A DNA stretch of 64,000 nucleotides. Origin: Paragordius varius. Taxonomy: Eukaryota; Animalia; Nematomorpha. Positions 11,120 to 23,514 of the stretch are shown here, piece by piece. The notes beneath the pieces were generated by a model, which was given only the letters and a program-made list of their open reading frames with translations, searched no databases and was not told the DNA's origin. Location of the stretch: contig OZ176051.1 in NCBI GenBank assembly GCA_964247055.1, forward strand, positions 5,890,001-5,954,000. Reading direction: 5' to 3'. Within the stretch, counting starts at the first letter, position 1, and each line of letters begins with the position of its first letter. A program made the position numbers and the translations under genes.

Positions 11120-13850
11120 CAGGGGTGGCCACACTTTTTTTGTCGCGAGCTTTTTTTTGGCTTTTTTGTTAAAAAAAGAGTTCGCGGTCACCCAGAAATA
11201 TTTATCAAAAAAACTCAATCAACACTTTAAATGATGTATATACCTGCTTTACAGATTAGAGTGACTTGTTTAAACCATTTTAAAATTGTAATTTTTTTAT
11301 CTATCAACCAAATACAAAAATAATTTTAATTAAAAAACAACGGGTTATTAACTACCTTAATTTTTTAACCAACATAAAACACTTCAAAATATTTATTTAT
11401 TAAATTTCTATTATATGAAATTTTACAATATAAAAATTTAAACAATGCATTTTAAATTAGAGGGGAGAATACATTATGATACAAAAAATAAAAGAAATAA
11501 AAAATAGCATTCCAATTTAGAACCATAATTTGAACATAAATAAGAGTACATTAAAATTGTATCAGTTTTAATTCTATCCACATTTTAGTAAATCGGCTTT
11601 TTCCTAAGCGAAAATACAACTCGATAAACATCCATATTTAATAAAGAAAAAAATATTTAAAACGCCCGACTGCGAAAAAATTCAGAAAGTTTATCTAAAT
11701 TAGGTTCAAATGAAGTCAAAGCAATTCTTCAAACATGATTCTAAATGTTTATTAGTTAATTGTGACCTCTGTTTAGTTTTGATAGCATTCATAATTGAAA
11801 AAGCCGATTCACATAAATATGTGGATCCAAAAAAAGAATTGAGCAATGCAGCGGTTTTCCAAATATGGGGGTATTTATCTTTATTTATAAATTTATATAT
11901 ATCTGATCCTAATGATTTTAGATGGATATCGCATTTAACATTTATTAATTTTCCAACTCTGCTAAATTTGGTACACCAAGAAAGTGGCTGAGTTTTTGAG
12001 CAATATATTCAACATTATTATTATTATTAAATGGGCATGATAAAAAATAGCGATGTCTTCAAGTTTATTTATAGATGAAAATCGTTTTTCAAAATCATTA
12101 ATAAGCACACCAATATCATCTGCATATTTTTCAAAAGAGAGATTCTCTATTTTTTCAGACACCGCTGCCAGATTAAAAAAATGTTTTAAATCTCGGTTTT
12201 TTAATTGTGTTTCTACTACTGTTAGTGTTTCCTTAAAAGATTTTAAAGCACCCATCATATCCATTATTGTTTTATCTTTTCCTTGTAATTGGATGTTTAA
12301 TTTATGCAATTTTTCCGTTATCGCATAAAAATGCAAGATCAAGCAGCCAATCTTGATCTTTCAATTCAGGGTATGAAAATTTAGAATTCTCTAAAAAAAT
12401 TTCTATTTGTGGTAAAAGTTGCCTAAATCTAATTAAAAATGCGGCACGACTCAACCACCTTACATCAGTATGTAATAAAAGTTCTCCATATTCCACGCCG
12501 CACTCATTTAACAAAATTCGAAATTGGCGGCCGGACAAGCTTTTTGTTCGAATGGCGTTAACAATTTTAAAACAGGGGTTCATTACATGATGGTATTTTA
12601 AAACTTTTGAACATAAAACTTGATTATGGATTATACAATGGTAATCAATGAACTTGGGAAATGCACTGTGATTTTTACATAAAGCGATAAAGCCGTTGTT
12701 AACGCCAATCATAGCTGGAGCTCCATCAGTAGTTATAGATGCGAGTTTTACGATGGGAAGTTTCGTATCTGTGATAAATTTATAAAAAGAATAAAAAATA
12801 TATTGCCCCCTGGTTCGTTCGTGGAGAGGTATTATAGTTAATAATTCCTCCTTTGCAGATAAATCACTAAATATCATACGAATAAAAATGCATAATTGGG
12901 CGATTCCAACATAATCGATGGACTCATCGAGTTGCAAGGAAAAAAAATACAGTTATTAATATTTTAATGTAAAATTTCATCAAGATTATTACTAATATCT
13001 TCAGCCATGCGCATAACGGTATTTCTCGATAAGCTTATGCTTTTAATAGCTGTCATAATATTATTTTTGTTATCAAAATTTTCAAATAAAATATCACAAG
13101 CGCTAATAAAGGCTTCTTTAAATATTTCACCATCTTGGAATGGCTTATTGTTCCGAATGAGTATTTCCGCTACCTTGAATGAAGCAATCGTAGCATTTTT
13201 ATAGTCTTTGTTGTATTTAAGTATGCTATTTTGTGAGGCGGATAATTGTTCTTTTAATTCCTTTACTTTAATGTTGCGTTCTTGAGTTTGTAAGGGGTAG
13301 TTTTTGGAGTAATGTGGATGCAGAGATCTATAATGTCTTTCAATATTTGACTTTTTGGGCAAAGCAACAGTACTATTGCATATTAGACAGGTGCATGTTT
13401 CATTTATCATAATAAAAAAGTATTCATGCTCCCAATCTTTCTTGTATCTGTACAACTTTTTTTGGCTCATTCTAAAATATAAGTTTTAAAAACCTACTTT
13501 TGGTGTATCAAATCAAATCTAACTTCACGATTATGCTTCTGATTTATGAATAAGCTTTGCTCAAAGTTTTGATATATTCAAGGGAAATGACTGATTTTAA
13601 GTTTTAATGCAAATGCTCCAAAACATATGAATTATAATTAATAAATAATTTTTTTACACCCTTTTCTTAGACGTTTTTTTTAATTTAAACCGTATTTTTT
13701 TGTATTAAATTTAAATTCGCTCAGAAGTAGCCAACTATCCGAAAAAAATCAATAAAATTTTTTAAAAAAAAATATTTTCAGGCGGTCACTTTTTGAGTTG
13801 TCGCGGTCACGTCACGAAAGTGACCGCGGTCACCTCGTTGGCCACCCCTG
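11120..13850 (-). mobile_element. hAT DNA transposon (Charlie / GTF2IRD2-like), full length, inactive
   Basis: Perfect 12-bp TIR caggggtggcca (11120-11131 and 13839-13850); 8-bp TSD gtataaaa / gtatagaa (7 of 8 match); subterminal cgcggtcac motifs including the palindrome gtgaccgcggtcac. Confidence 0.93.
11710..13470 (-). pseudogene. hAT transposase pseudogene broken into ORFs 12964-13470, 12302-12937, 11962-12342 and a C-terminal fragment
   Basis: BED-like CLIC...RHYRSLH, catalytic LDES and TTDGAPAM, HCIIH, DVRWLS, and dimerisation motif FGSTYLCESAFSIMNAIKTKQRSQLT. One in-frame stop plus at least three frameshifts. Confidence 0.92.
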
Positions 13851-13954
13851 GTATAGAAGCTGGCATCATAATTAATTATTTATATTTCATGTACATAGTT
13901 AACTTATATATATAACTCATTTTTTCCGTTATGGGTAATTGATTATGGACAGTA

Positions 13955-16048
13955 TAGTTCATTGGTAACCGTGGCCCGCAGGTAAGAGTACTTTAAAATT
14001 GCCTTATAACCATATTGATACTCAAATATTTTTTATAATTATCAATTTTTAAAATACAAATGAATTTTCACTTATTTTAATATTAATTTATTTTCTTTAG
14101 ATTTAATTATGGTAATTTTTATTTTTACCCAAAAAATGTAAAAATATTTCCTTACATTAAAATGATTTCAAAATTTCGGCATTTTGTTTCTGTATATTTT
14201 CTATTCTATTTTGATATTTTTATTGTATTCATTTTTTGTATTTAATCAAGCCTTTCACTCAAACTTCCATATACATATTCTTTCATTGCTATCCTGCATA
14301 ATTTTGTATACATTTCCTAAAAATATTTTCAAATCAACATCATTAAATTTCGACCTGTTTTTTTATAGCATAATTCAAATTATATTTCTATTTTTTAAAA
14401 AAATTACATAATATTTAAACATTAATTCAAAGGATGACATCTAATGCTAAAAAACGTAAATTATCCGACGAAAATCGCCCCTTTAAAAAAGAATGAGAAG
14501 AAAAACTTTGTCGTTTTAAATTGTTGTTATCCACCTTATATGTAAGGACAACATAATTATAAAATACAATATTGAAACATTTCACAATCCATCATTCTCA
14601 TATGTTACCAGAAAATCAGGAGGAAAGAAACGAAAAATATAAAAAGATTAAGGAATTATACAAGAAAGAAAGATCTATTATGTCCATAGCTTTCTCCTAG
14701 GAAAAAGCTGTGACATTAGCTTCGTATGAAATTTGCTTCATTATAGAAAAGATTTGAAATCGTTTAATGATTCCCAACTAATAAAAGAAAGTGGTAGCAC
14801 TTTTTTCCATAATAATGGTATATCTATGAAAAAAATTGGTTTCGATCTGCACAGATGGCTATTCCTCTATGAAACGAAGGATTTATCCCTCTTTTGAAAA
14901 AGAAATATAATTTGAAAAATATTTATTCAACAGCAAAACTTGGTTTCGCGTAAAGATGAATCACTCAATTCAGTAATTAAAACGGTTGTGGATATAGTTA
15001 ACCACATCCGAGAGAATATAACAGCCGTAAATTCTAAACCTTCTGAAAGATTTCACAGTGAGTTTGATGATATTCTTTTGTACACCGCTGTGAGATGGCT
15101 AAGCCTTAGCAAATTAATTAGATTTTTTATCTTAAGAAATGAGATTGTATTATTTATAAAAGATAACAGAAAGTTTGACGAGGAAATTAATAGTGACCAA
15201 TGGTGGGTTTTATTGCTTACCTTTGCGACATTTACTTATAGACTTGGTCTTAATACAAGTTTTCAAGGGAGCAAAATAATAACCCAATTTGCTAATCAAA
15301 TATCTTTTCAAGAAAAATTAATAATATGTAAACAAGAATTTATAAATAAAACACTCCTATATTTTCCAACATTTAAAATAGACAATCATTTAGCATTTTT
15401 ATCTAATGAAATGAAATTCAGATTTGAATAAATAAGAAATATTAAAAATTGCTTAAAACTCGTGGAAAATCCATGGTATGGATATATCCAATATTAAGCA
15501 ACTTGAGCATCTCGGTTAAGAATTCGTAGATTTTATAAATGATTCCGATTCGGAGGCTATATATAAGGAGAATCGAAGAGAAGAAAGATAGGTATAATTT
15601 TGGCAAGATGTGCCAAATAAATATGAAAATATAAAAAAATGTGCTCAAGTTATCCTAACTGTTTTTTCTCAGGTTACCCGTGGACAGCATATTTAAAAAT
15701 AAAGTATCTTAAGAATAGATACAGAAATCGCTTAACCGATAATCATATGGACGAAGTATTAAGATTGGTCTGTCATGAGGAGAAACCAAATTTGTCAAAA
15801 ATTATTGGTTAATATCAAAATAAATGTTGTTATCAATATATTTAATTTTTTAAACTAACTGGTGCAAAACGAGTTTTTAGTTGGATTTACATGCGATCCG
15901 CAAAAAATTAATTGTGCTGATATAGAGTATAAATATGTGCATATGTGTCAAATAGCTATGAAATATTTGCCATTATAAGATTCTGGCCCTCGAAAAAAAT
16001 ATATATTTTATTTGGCCCGTCAAATTTTTTTCGTGAGTACCACTTCTG
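13955..16048 (+). mobile_element. Second hAT (GTF2IRD2-like) transposon relic, internally deleted
   Basis: MTSNAKKRKLSDENRPFKKE from 14434, TAVRWLS in ORF 14940-15431, KYLKNRYRNRLTDNHMDEVLRL near 15700-15770, and tggccc subterminal motifs at both ends. Boundaries approximate; TIR and TSD not resolved. Confidence 0.75.
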
Positions 16049-16161
16049 TAGATGAAAGCATTTTAGAATTTTGTATAGTTGCTCTTTCAATTGATCTAAT
16101 TCAAACAATAATTTTTTCTAGATATCTAAAAATCTGAAGTAATTGGTTCAATGTATTTTAA

Positions 16162-16702
16162 TCTATATATTTATAAAAATGGAAAATGCTGGCTTTGTGA
16201 TCTGGTACAGGAAAACCGGTAAACCCATTCAAATCCAAACATCGAAAAAATATAATCATTAATGAATGCCCCGACAATAGCTTCGCCCCTTTTTTGAAAT
16301 AGGCCCCCAGTTCGGGCCCACCCCGTGTGAAAAATGGGTTAAGTCAATTTTTTGGAGAACGTGTTAGACCATTCAATTTCAAATATGATTTTTGTTTACT
16401 TATTTTTGATCGCGCTGAACATAGTCGACTCACTTTTTTGATTTAGGCCCTCTTTTTACCCGCTCCCCCTGTAAAATGCCATTTTTTCAAAAAACAAAGT
16501 CCACAAAAATAATTTTAAATCTATTTTTCCCCCAAGTAAACAATAAATTAGTATGAATCCACCGTTTTAAGATTCCTATGAGATCATAGCTATTAAATAA
16601 TTTTTCGAAATAATCCACATATGTAGATCATTTTATTGTCCCTTCCCCCCAGAAGTCCGAAGGACTTTCTCGGGCTGCGTAGCAGCACGAGATTTACGCT
16701 AG
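16162..16702 (+). mobile_element. Non-autonomous Helitron
   Basis: Starts TCtatatatttataaaaatgg after an A and ends CTAG before a T; gctgc-gta-gcagc hairpin just upstream of the 3' end; second copy at 21401-21947. Confidence 0.8.
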
Positions 16703-17022
16703 TTAATATATAATAGTTTAAAAACATTTGATAAATTTAAAAATTGGTCTCTAATACAGAACCGTTTCTTAAAAATTTAACGTTCGGGTTACTGTTCTTT
16801 ACGCCTTTTCAGTTCCAGAACGGTTTTTTAAAAATTGTGCTCCAAAAGGGTTTATAAAATTTCAACACTATTCCGTTTCTCATCGTTGTAACGATGATTT
16901 CATCAAAGAGCCGCAAGAATCGGAGCCTTACAATAAAGCCATTTTACTATAATTCTAGAATGGTATCTTAATTTGGTTAGAATATAATTTATTATTTAGT
17001 ATATCTGCATATAAATAATATT

Positions 17023-17586
17023 TTAAGATTCGGAAAATGGAGGAGGCATTTTTACTAAACATGTGGAATGTGGCTTTTTCGATGGGCTTGTGATTGCATT
17101 TTTCTTGGTGATTCCGATATTTAATTTCATAGTCTGGCCTTGTTTCAAACTAAAATCATGAGCATCTGCTTCTATAAATTTTGAATCAATATTCTTGGCT
17201 TCAATTATTGACCGAAAATGATTTTGGAGAGCGACATTCAGGTCAAAAGAATCGGATCTATCTTCAAACCCCAAACCTACAAATGCAGAGCGCCCATTGG
17301 AGCTTTGTAATCTAACTACAAAGTATCGACTTGAATCTGAAACACCTTCAATTGAGTTACTAGGATATTTATCTATTGGGCATTCAGCAAAAAGATTTCC
17401 AGAATTATCTTCAAATTTTAAATAGCATTTGTCGCCAATAGAAGATAGTTTTAAACGACCAGTCCAACTTGGATTATCAAGTTTCCAATCTGCAGCTTTG
17501 TGCTTATTATTAATTGATATAGGTGGAATTTGATAAATAAATACATGATTTTTAACCAAGATAACCGACTCGTAATCTTCAATCAT
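17023..17586 (-). CDS. NECAP: Adaptin ear-binding coat-associated protein (NECAP), single coding exon
   Basis: PHear-domain motifs YESVILVK, WKLDNPSWTGRLKL, DSSRYFVVRL and GLGFEDRSDSFDLNVALQNHF, plus LKQGQTMKLNIG. Confidence 0.93.
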   Translation of the reverse strand: MIEDYESVILVKNHVFIYQIPPISINNKHKAADWKLDNPSWTGRLKLSSIGDKCYLKFEDNSGNLFAECPIDKYPSNSIEGVSDSSRYFVVRLQSSNGRSAFVGLGFEDRSDSFDLNVALQNHFRSIIEAKNIDSKFIEADAHDFSLKQGQTMKLNIGITKKNAITSPSKKPHSTCLVKMPPPFSES

Positions 17587-17963
17587 ATTGAATTTAACTG
17601 AGAGATGTGTAGGTTGTGATAAAAAATAATTTGCGTTTTTAATTGTTTAAATTACAATTTTTACAGCATCGACATAATTTCTTTTTAACACTTGGACAAC
17701 ACATTTATTTAAGACCTTCGAATTGGGGTCGTTGGCCCAGGGCTGTTAAAAATTAAATACCTAATATGCAAGGAAACGGAGCCATGGCAAATGTTTGCAT
17801 TTATATAGCATTATTGAACAGAAATATAAAATAATTCATTCAAAAATATTTGATATTTTTAATTTAACTTATCCAAAGGTAAAAATTTAGTTAGCCTGAC
17901 TTATGAACATTAGAAAAAATTTATTTATAATACAAAATAAACCACCTTTTCTGTTTGTATTAA

Positions 17964-18538
17964 CACTTGGATACAACACACTCATTTTAGTCCTTCGATT
18001 CAAATTGGGGTAGTTGGATACCCCAGGCCTGTTTAAAATCAAATACTTTAAAAAGTATAAAAGGAATCCAAACCATGGCAAAATTTTGCACTTATATAAC
18101 ATTAATAAACCGAAATATATAAAAAAAATTTATTCAAAATACTTGATATTACTTATTTTAAGCTAAAACCGAAAGGTAAAAATTTCGTCAACGTGACATG
18201 GGTAAAATTGTAAAACTGAAAAATTATACAAACTAAACCGCTTTTTCTATTTCTATCAATGTAAGATGTAATTTATATTAAAATTTAGCTTTAGTTTTAC
18301 CCTTAAACTTAAATTAAGACGATATTTTGCAAAAATTTTGTAAAATAAAAATGGCGTCGAAGTAGTTTGAGATGGAACTTTTTTTTCAAAACAAAATTTT
18401 ATCAAGATCTTTTGGCATATTTATATAATTTTTATCAGGATAGAAGCATAAATTTAAATTGGGACCGTTTCCTTCAGTAGTTAATTCTAATTTAAATTTA
18501 GTCTGGGGTATTTAGATACCCCAATTTGAATCGAAGTG
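17964..18538 (+). mobile_element. piggyBac-type MITE, full copy (reference copy)
   Basis: TTAA at 17960-17963 and 18539-18542; TIR cactt(g/c)gat(a/t)c; 20-bp inner repeat cttcgattcaaattggggta placed asymmetrically. Partial copies at about 17689-17750, 18570-18811, 19125-19192, 22095-22286, 22765-22900 and 23745-23800. Confidence 0.92.
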
Positions 18539-20329
18539 TTAATGTAATAAGTGTTTTAAATAAAAATTAACAATTTTAGCTTTGAAATTAAACCAACACC
18601 ATTATTTGCAAAAATTTTGTAAACTAAAAATGGCGTGGTAGTGGTTTGATATGGAACATTTTCAAAATAAATTTTTCAGATATTTCGGCTTATTTAGATA
18701 ATTTTTATCAGGATAGACACACAAATTATTGGGACCGTTTTTTTCAGTTTTTTTAAAATTATCAACTTAAATAGTTTGGGGCATTTAGATACGCCAATCA
18801 GAATCGAAGTGAGCGTAAAAATATTTTTATATAAGTAGATACAGATTACAAAATTTAGATATTTCTGAATATATACCACATTATACAGCGTCGCCGAATA
18901 TAAAAATAAAATAAAATAGAAAGTAAACAAAAAATATTGCGTATGTTTCCGATAGAAAAAACTATCAGGAGTCTCATGGTGCTTTTGATTTTGTTTACGA
19001 GGGATATAAGAATGTAATCAACACTTTATGGAAACGGATAAAAACGCTTTAGAAACATTATGACAATACCTTTTTTATATTATTATGGTGCCAAACATTT
19101 ATATTACCTAAGAATATTGATTAACACTTGGATTCAATACATTCATTTTAGTCCTTCGATTAAAATTGGGGTAGTTGGAGACCCCAGGCCTTTGTATGGC
19201 AAATAATTTACTAAACATTTATTGTTTAGTTCTATCGCTTATTTTATATTTATTAATGCCTAATTAACTGAATACACAGGAAATTTACATCTTAATTAAA
19301 GTCTCTACATGCTTTAGACAATCGATTTACAATTATCTATTATTTATGTTTAGCATCGCCATAACAGAAAGAAAAATTTAAAAGTAAGTTTTTCTAATTT
19401 ATAAGCTTATAAAGACATATAGAATATCCTTATGTAAGATATTGAGTTATTGAATCTCGAGAAGCAACTAAATTAGTCTTATAAATTTTGTAAAGAGAGC
19501 TTAAATTGAAAACATTCCACGTACTTTCTGAAGTAAATTTTACATTTAGGTTTAATATAAAATAGTATTAATATTATGAAAGAAACAGAATCATAAACAC
19601 CAAGATGGTTTTGTCAACAGGTCATCAAAATTTATATAAATCTTGATCTCCCAAAATATTTCTACCGAATAAATATATATTTGATGCTTTATATCTAATC
19701 ATGTATTTTTATTTATTCTACGTCAAAATAAATCAAAACTTGTTTGCCTTCTAGAAGTAAATCGATAATTATTAAATCAGTGAAACTTACCGCGGCCCGG
19801 GCACCTCTATTTTAATGCCAATTATTAGATTATTTTTTTGCTATTTAAAAAAATAATGCTATTTTCTCTTTTTTAAACCCTTCAAAATTTATCTGGTTTA
19901 ATAGGTATTTCGTTAAATTTGATCCAAATATTTAATTTCATAAGCGATCTTGTTTTGTCTCAGCTGTTAAAGTATAATAAATATGCATTCGGTTGAATTA
20001 GGCTAGAATATCCATACGTTATATTTTAAAGAATATTAGATCTATTAAACACTAGTGTAAATATATAGGATATAGTTGATAAGAGATATTTATCTGTAAA
20101 TGCCAAATATATCTTTATTTTATTTCATACATGTCTATATATAAACTTATCATTATATCCCTAGAAGTCAACCCGACCCCCGACGTAACTAGACGGCTGT
20201 CACTGAACCACCATTGACTGGTGTATAGAAGGGCAGCAAGGGACGTCTTTTGTGGACAGTGGCGACGTGGGTCTGCTACACCCTTTTCTTGATACACCTT
20301 GATCACAACGGATTCCGATTTAGCATTGA

Positions 20330-20890
20330 TCGATAAATATAGTATAAAAAAATCTTATTTCCAAATAATTTATTTTGGTTATTTTCATAGTTTGTGCAAA
20401 CAATTTAAGAGGATCGCAATAAATAATTGTTTTTCTGTTGACATGCTTGGCAAAATATTACAGATTTTTTGTGACAGATCTTCGACGCAAATAGCACCTT
20501 GTAGAATAGTATATATACCTTTTTGGCATATTAATATTATTGCAAACCGTTATAAAGCAGAAAAAGATTATTTAAGGGACCATGTATGATTTGCGCAAAC
20601 CCATAGCAATCAAGATACCTAAATTTGTATATAGATAATATACCTAAAAATGCATCAAAGTCTTCTTCAAATTAATCTAGTATTCCGATTTTCATAATCA
20701 AATTTTTTACATCATAGGTTATGATAGAATTAAATGTTGTAAGTGGGTCTTGGATAATTGATTTGAGCCAGGAGAACGAATTATATTGGATTGCTAGATT
20801 TTCAATTATATTATTGAGGAGTCATCCACATTATATTTTCTGTTACTATCAAAATTATCTGAAAAATCTTCCATAACAACAAAATAAATG
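20330..20890 (-). pseudogene. Internally deleted piggyBac transposase relic
   Basis: Minus-strand peptides DAFLGIL and LGILIAMGL (plus-strand about 20595-20665) and a C-terminal cysteine-rich remnant RCYL(R)...KSVIFCQAC; acidic N-terminus MEDFSDNFDS. Confidence 0.55.
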
Positions 20891-20948
20891 CTTCGAAACG
20901 GAAAATACTTTAAATGGTTTACAGGAGGTGGGATTGTGCATTCTTTAA

Positions 20949-22054
20949 CACTTGGATACAACACATTCATTTTAGTCCTTCGATTTGAATTGGGGTAGTT
21001 AAATACCCCAGGCCTGTTTAAAATTAAATTCTTTAAAAAATATGGAAGTAATCGAAATCATGGCAAAATTTTGCACTTATATAACATTAATAAACCGAAA
21101 TATATAAAAAAATTTTATTTAAAAATACTTCATATTACCTATTTTAAGCTAAAACCGAAAAGTAAAAATTTAGTCAACGTGACATGTGTGCAATTGCAAA
21201 ATTAAAAAAAAATACAAAATAAACCGCTTTTTCTATTTCTATCAATGTTAGATGTAATTTAAATAAAAAATTAGCTTTGATTTTACCCTTAAAATTAAAT
21301 GAAGACGATATTTCGCAAAAAAATTTAAAATAAATATGGCGTCGAAATAGTTTGACATGGAACTTTTTTTTAAACAAAATTTATTTTAAATATTTTGGAA
21401 TCTATATACTTATAAAAATGGATAATGCTGGCTTTGTGATCTGGTACAGGAAAACCGGTAGACCCATTCAAATCCTAACTTCGAAAAAATATAATCATTA
21501 ATGAATGCCCCAACTCGCCCTTTTTTTGAAATAAGCCCCCAGTTCGGGCCCACCCCGTGTGAAAAACGTTTTTTTTTAAACAGAAGTCCACAAATATCGT
21601 GTTTTTGAGGCAATTTTCTGGAGAACGTGTTGGACCATTCAATTTTAAATATGATTTTTGTTTACTTATTTTCGATTACGCTGAACATAGTCGTCTCGTT
21701 TTTTAATTTAGGCCGTCTTTTTACCCGGTCCCCCCGTAAAATGCCATTTTTTTCAAAAAAACAAAATCCATAAAAATAATTGTTTTAATCTATTTATCTC
21801 CCATGTATACAATATATTAGTATGAATGCACGTTTTAAAATTCATTAATAATTATATCTATTAAATAATGTTTCGAAATAATCCACATATGATATTTTAT
21901 TGTCCCTTATTTCAAATAGCCCCCCCAGAAGTCCGAAGTACTTCCTCAGGATAGCATAAATTTAAATTGGGACCGTTTCCTTAAGTAGTTTTTTTAAAAA
22001 TCCTAACTCAAATTTAGAATGGGGTATTTAGATACCCCAATTTGAATCGAAGTG
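20949..22054 (+). mobile_element. piggyBac-type MITE interrupted by a Helitron
   Basis: TTAA at 20945-20948 and 22055-22058; MITE sequence stops at 21400 and resumes near 21948. Confidence 0.88.
21401..21947 (+). mobile_element. Non-autonomous Helitron, 3'-truncated, nested in a MITE
   Basis: Near-identical to 16162-16660; starts TC after an A; lacks the hairpin and CTAG end. Confidence 0.8.
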
Positions 22055-22944
22055 TTAAAAATAATATGCATTCTGGTAAAAAAATTCAAAGATAATTTTG
22101 GCGCCAAGCAATTCGAGATGAGATTTTTTTCAAAACTAAATTTCATTAAGTTATTTTGGTTAAATTATATAATTTTTATAAAGATAGAAGCATAAATTTA
22201 AATTAGGGCCATTCTATTGGGTAGTTTTTTAAGAACACTAATTTTAAAAAGGTCTGGGGTATTTAGACACCCCAATAATCGAAGTGTTAATATATTTGTT
22301 CAGCTTTTTGGGTTAAATGAAAATTACAATGCAACAATAAAAACGAACATTTAACTTAAAATTCGAAAGCGATAGAATTAGTTATAATCGAACTATATAG
22401 AAAAATTGTTTTTAAAATATCTTAAAGCGTTTTTAAACCGTTTTCTTCATATCTCAAAAAGCCTCTAGATTTCTTTAAAAAAATTTTTTAGAAAAATGTG
22501 CCCAAATTTTGCGACTTTCTGATATGGATCACTTACCTCAGATTTATATATAACTTTCTAAAATTACTCGTAAGGGCCAAAACCAAAAACACGATAAAAA
22601 TCTCGATACAATTTGATCAGAATATATATGTTTGATCAGTTGATTATTATTACCTCCCGATTTTGGAGGTTCTGTAATGTGCCAATTGTGCCATTTTTTG
22701 ATTCGGAGTGGGAAGACTTCGACCATATTTTAATTAGTATTATATAAAAACTATGAAAGAGACAGTTCTAATTTAAATTTATGCTTCTCCAAATAAATTA
22801 TATAAATATGCCAATTTAAAATATAATTTGGTTTTGAAAATAATTTCCGTATCAAACTAGTTCATCGCAATTTTTCTTTACCAAATATTTGCACATTGTG
22901 TTTTTTTGTTTCCAACGCCATAAAAAATTAATTTATTTTATTAA

Positions 22945-23514
22945 CACTTGGATACAACACATTCATTTTAGTCCTTCGATTCAAATTGGGGTAGTTAAAT
23001 ACCCTAGGCCTGTTTAAAATCAAATCTTTAAAAAATATGGAAAAAATCGAAACCATAGCAATTTGCACTTATAAAACATTAATATACCGAAACATATAAA
23101 AAATTTTATTCAAAAATACTTGATATTACTTATTTTAAGGTAAAGCCGAAAGGTAAAAATTTGGTCAACCTGACATGTGTGCAATGGTAAAATTGAAAAA
23201 TAATACAAAATAAACCGCTTTTTCTATTTCTATCAATGTTAGATGTAATTTATATTAATTAGCTTTTTTTTTATCAAAATTAAATGAAGATGATATTATG
23301 TAAAAATTTTGTAAAATAAAAATGGCGTCGAAGTAGTTTGAGATGGAACTTTTTTTTCGAAACAAAATTTTATCAAAATATTTTCGCATATTTATATAAT
23401 TTTTATCAGGAGAGAAGCATAAATTTAAACTGGGACCGTTTCCTTCCGTAATTTTTTTAAAATATAATATAAATTATATTGGGGTATTTAGATAGCCCAA
23501 TTTGAATCGAAGTG
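22945..23514 (+). mobile_element. piggyBac-type MITE, full copy
   Basis: TTAA at 22941-22944 and 23515-23518; colinear with 17964-18538. Confidence 0.9.

Noticed and set aside
11710-13204. Plus-strand ORFs 11710-11991, 12053-12328 and 13007-13204
   Set aside because: Antisense shadows of the hAT transposase.
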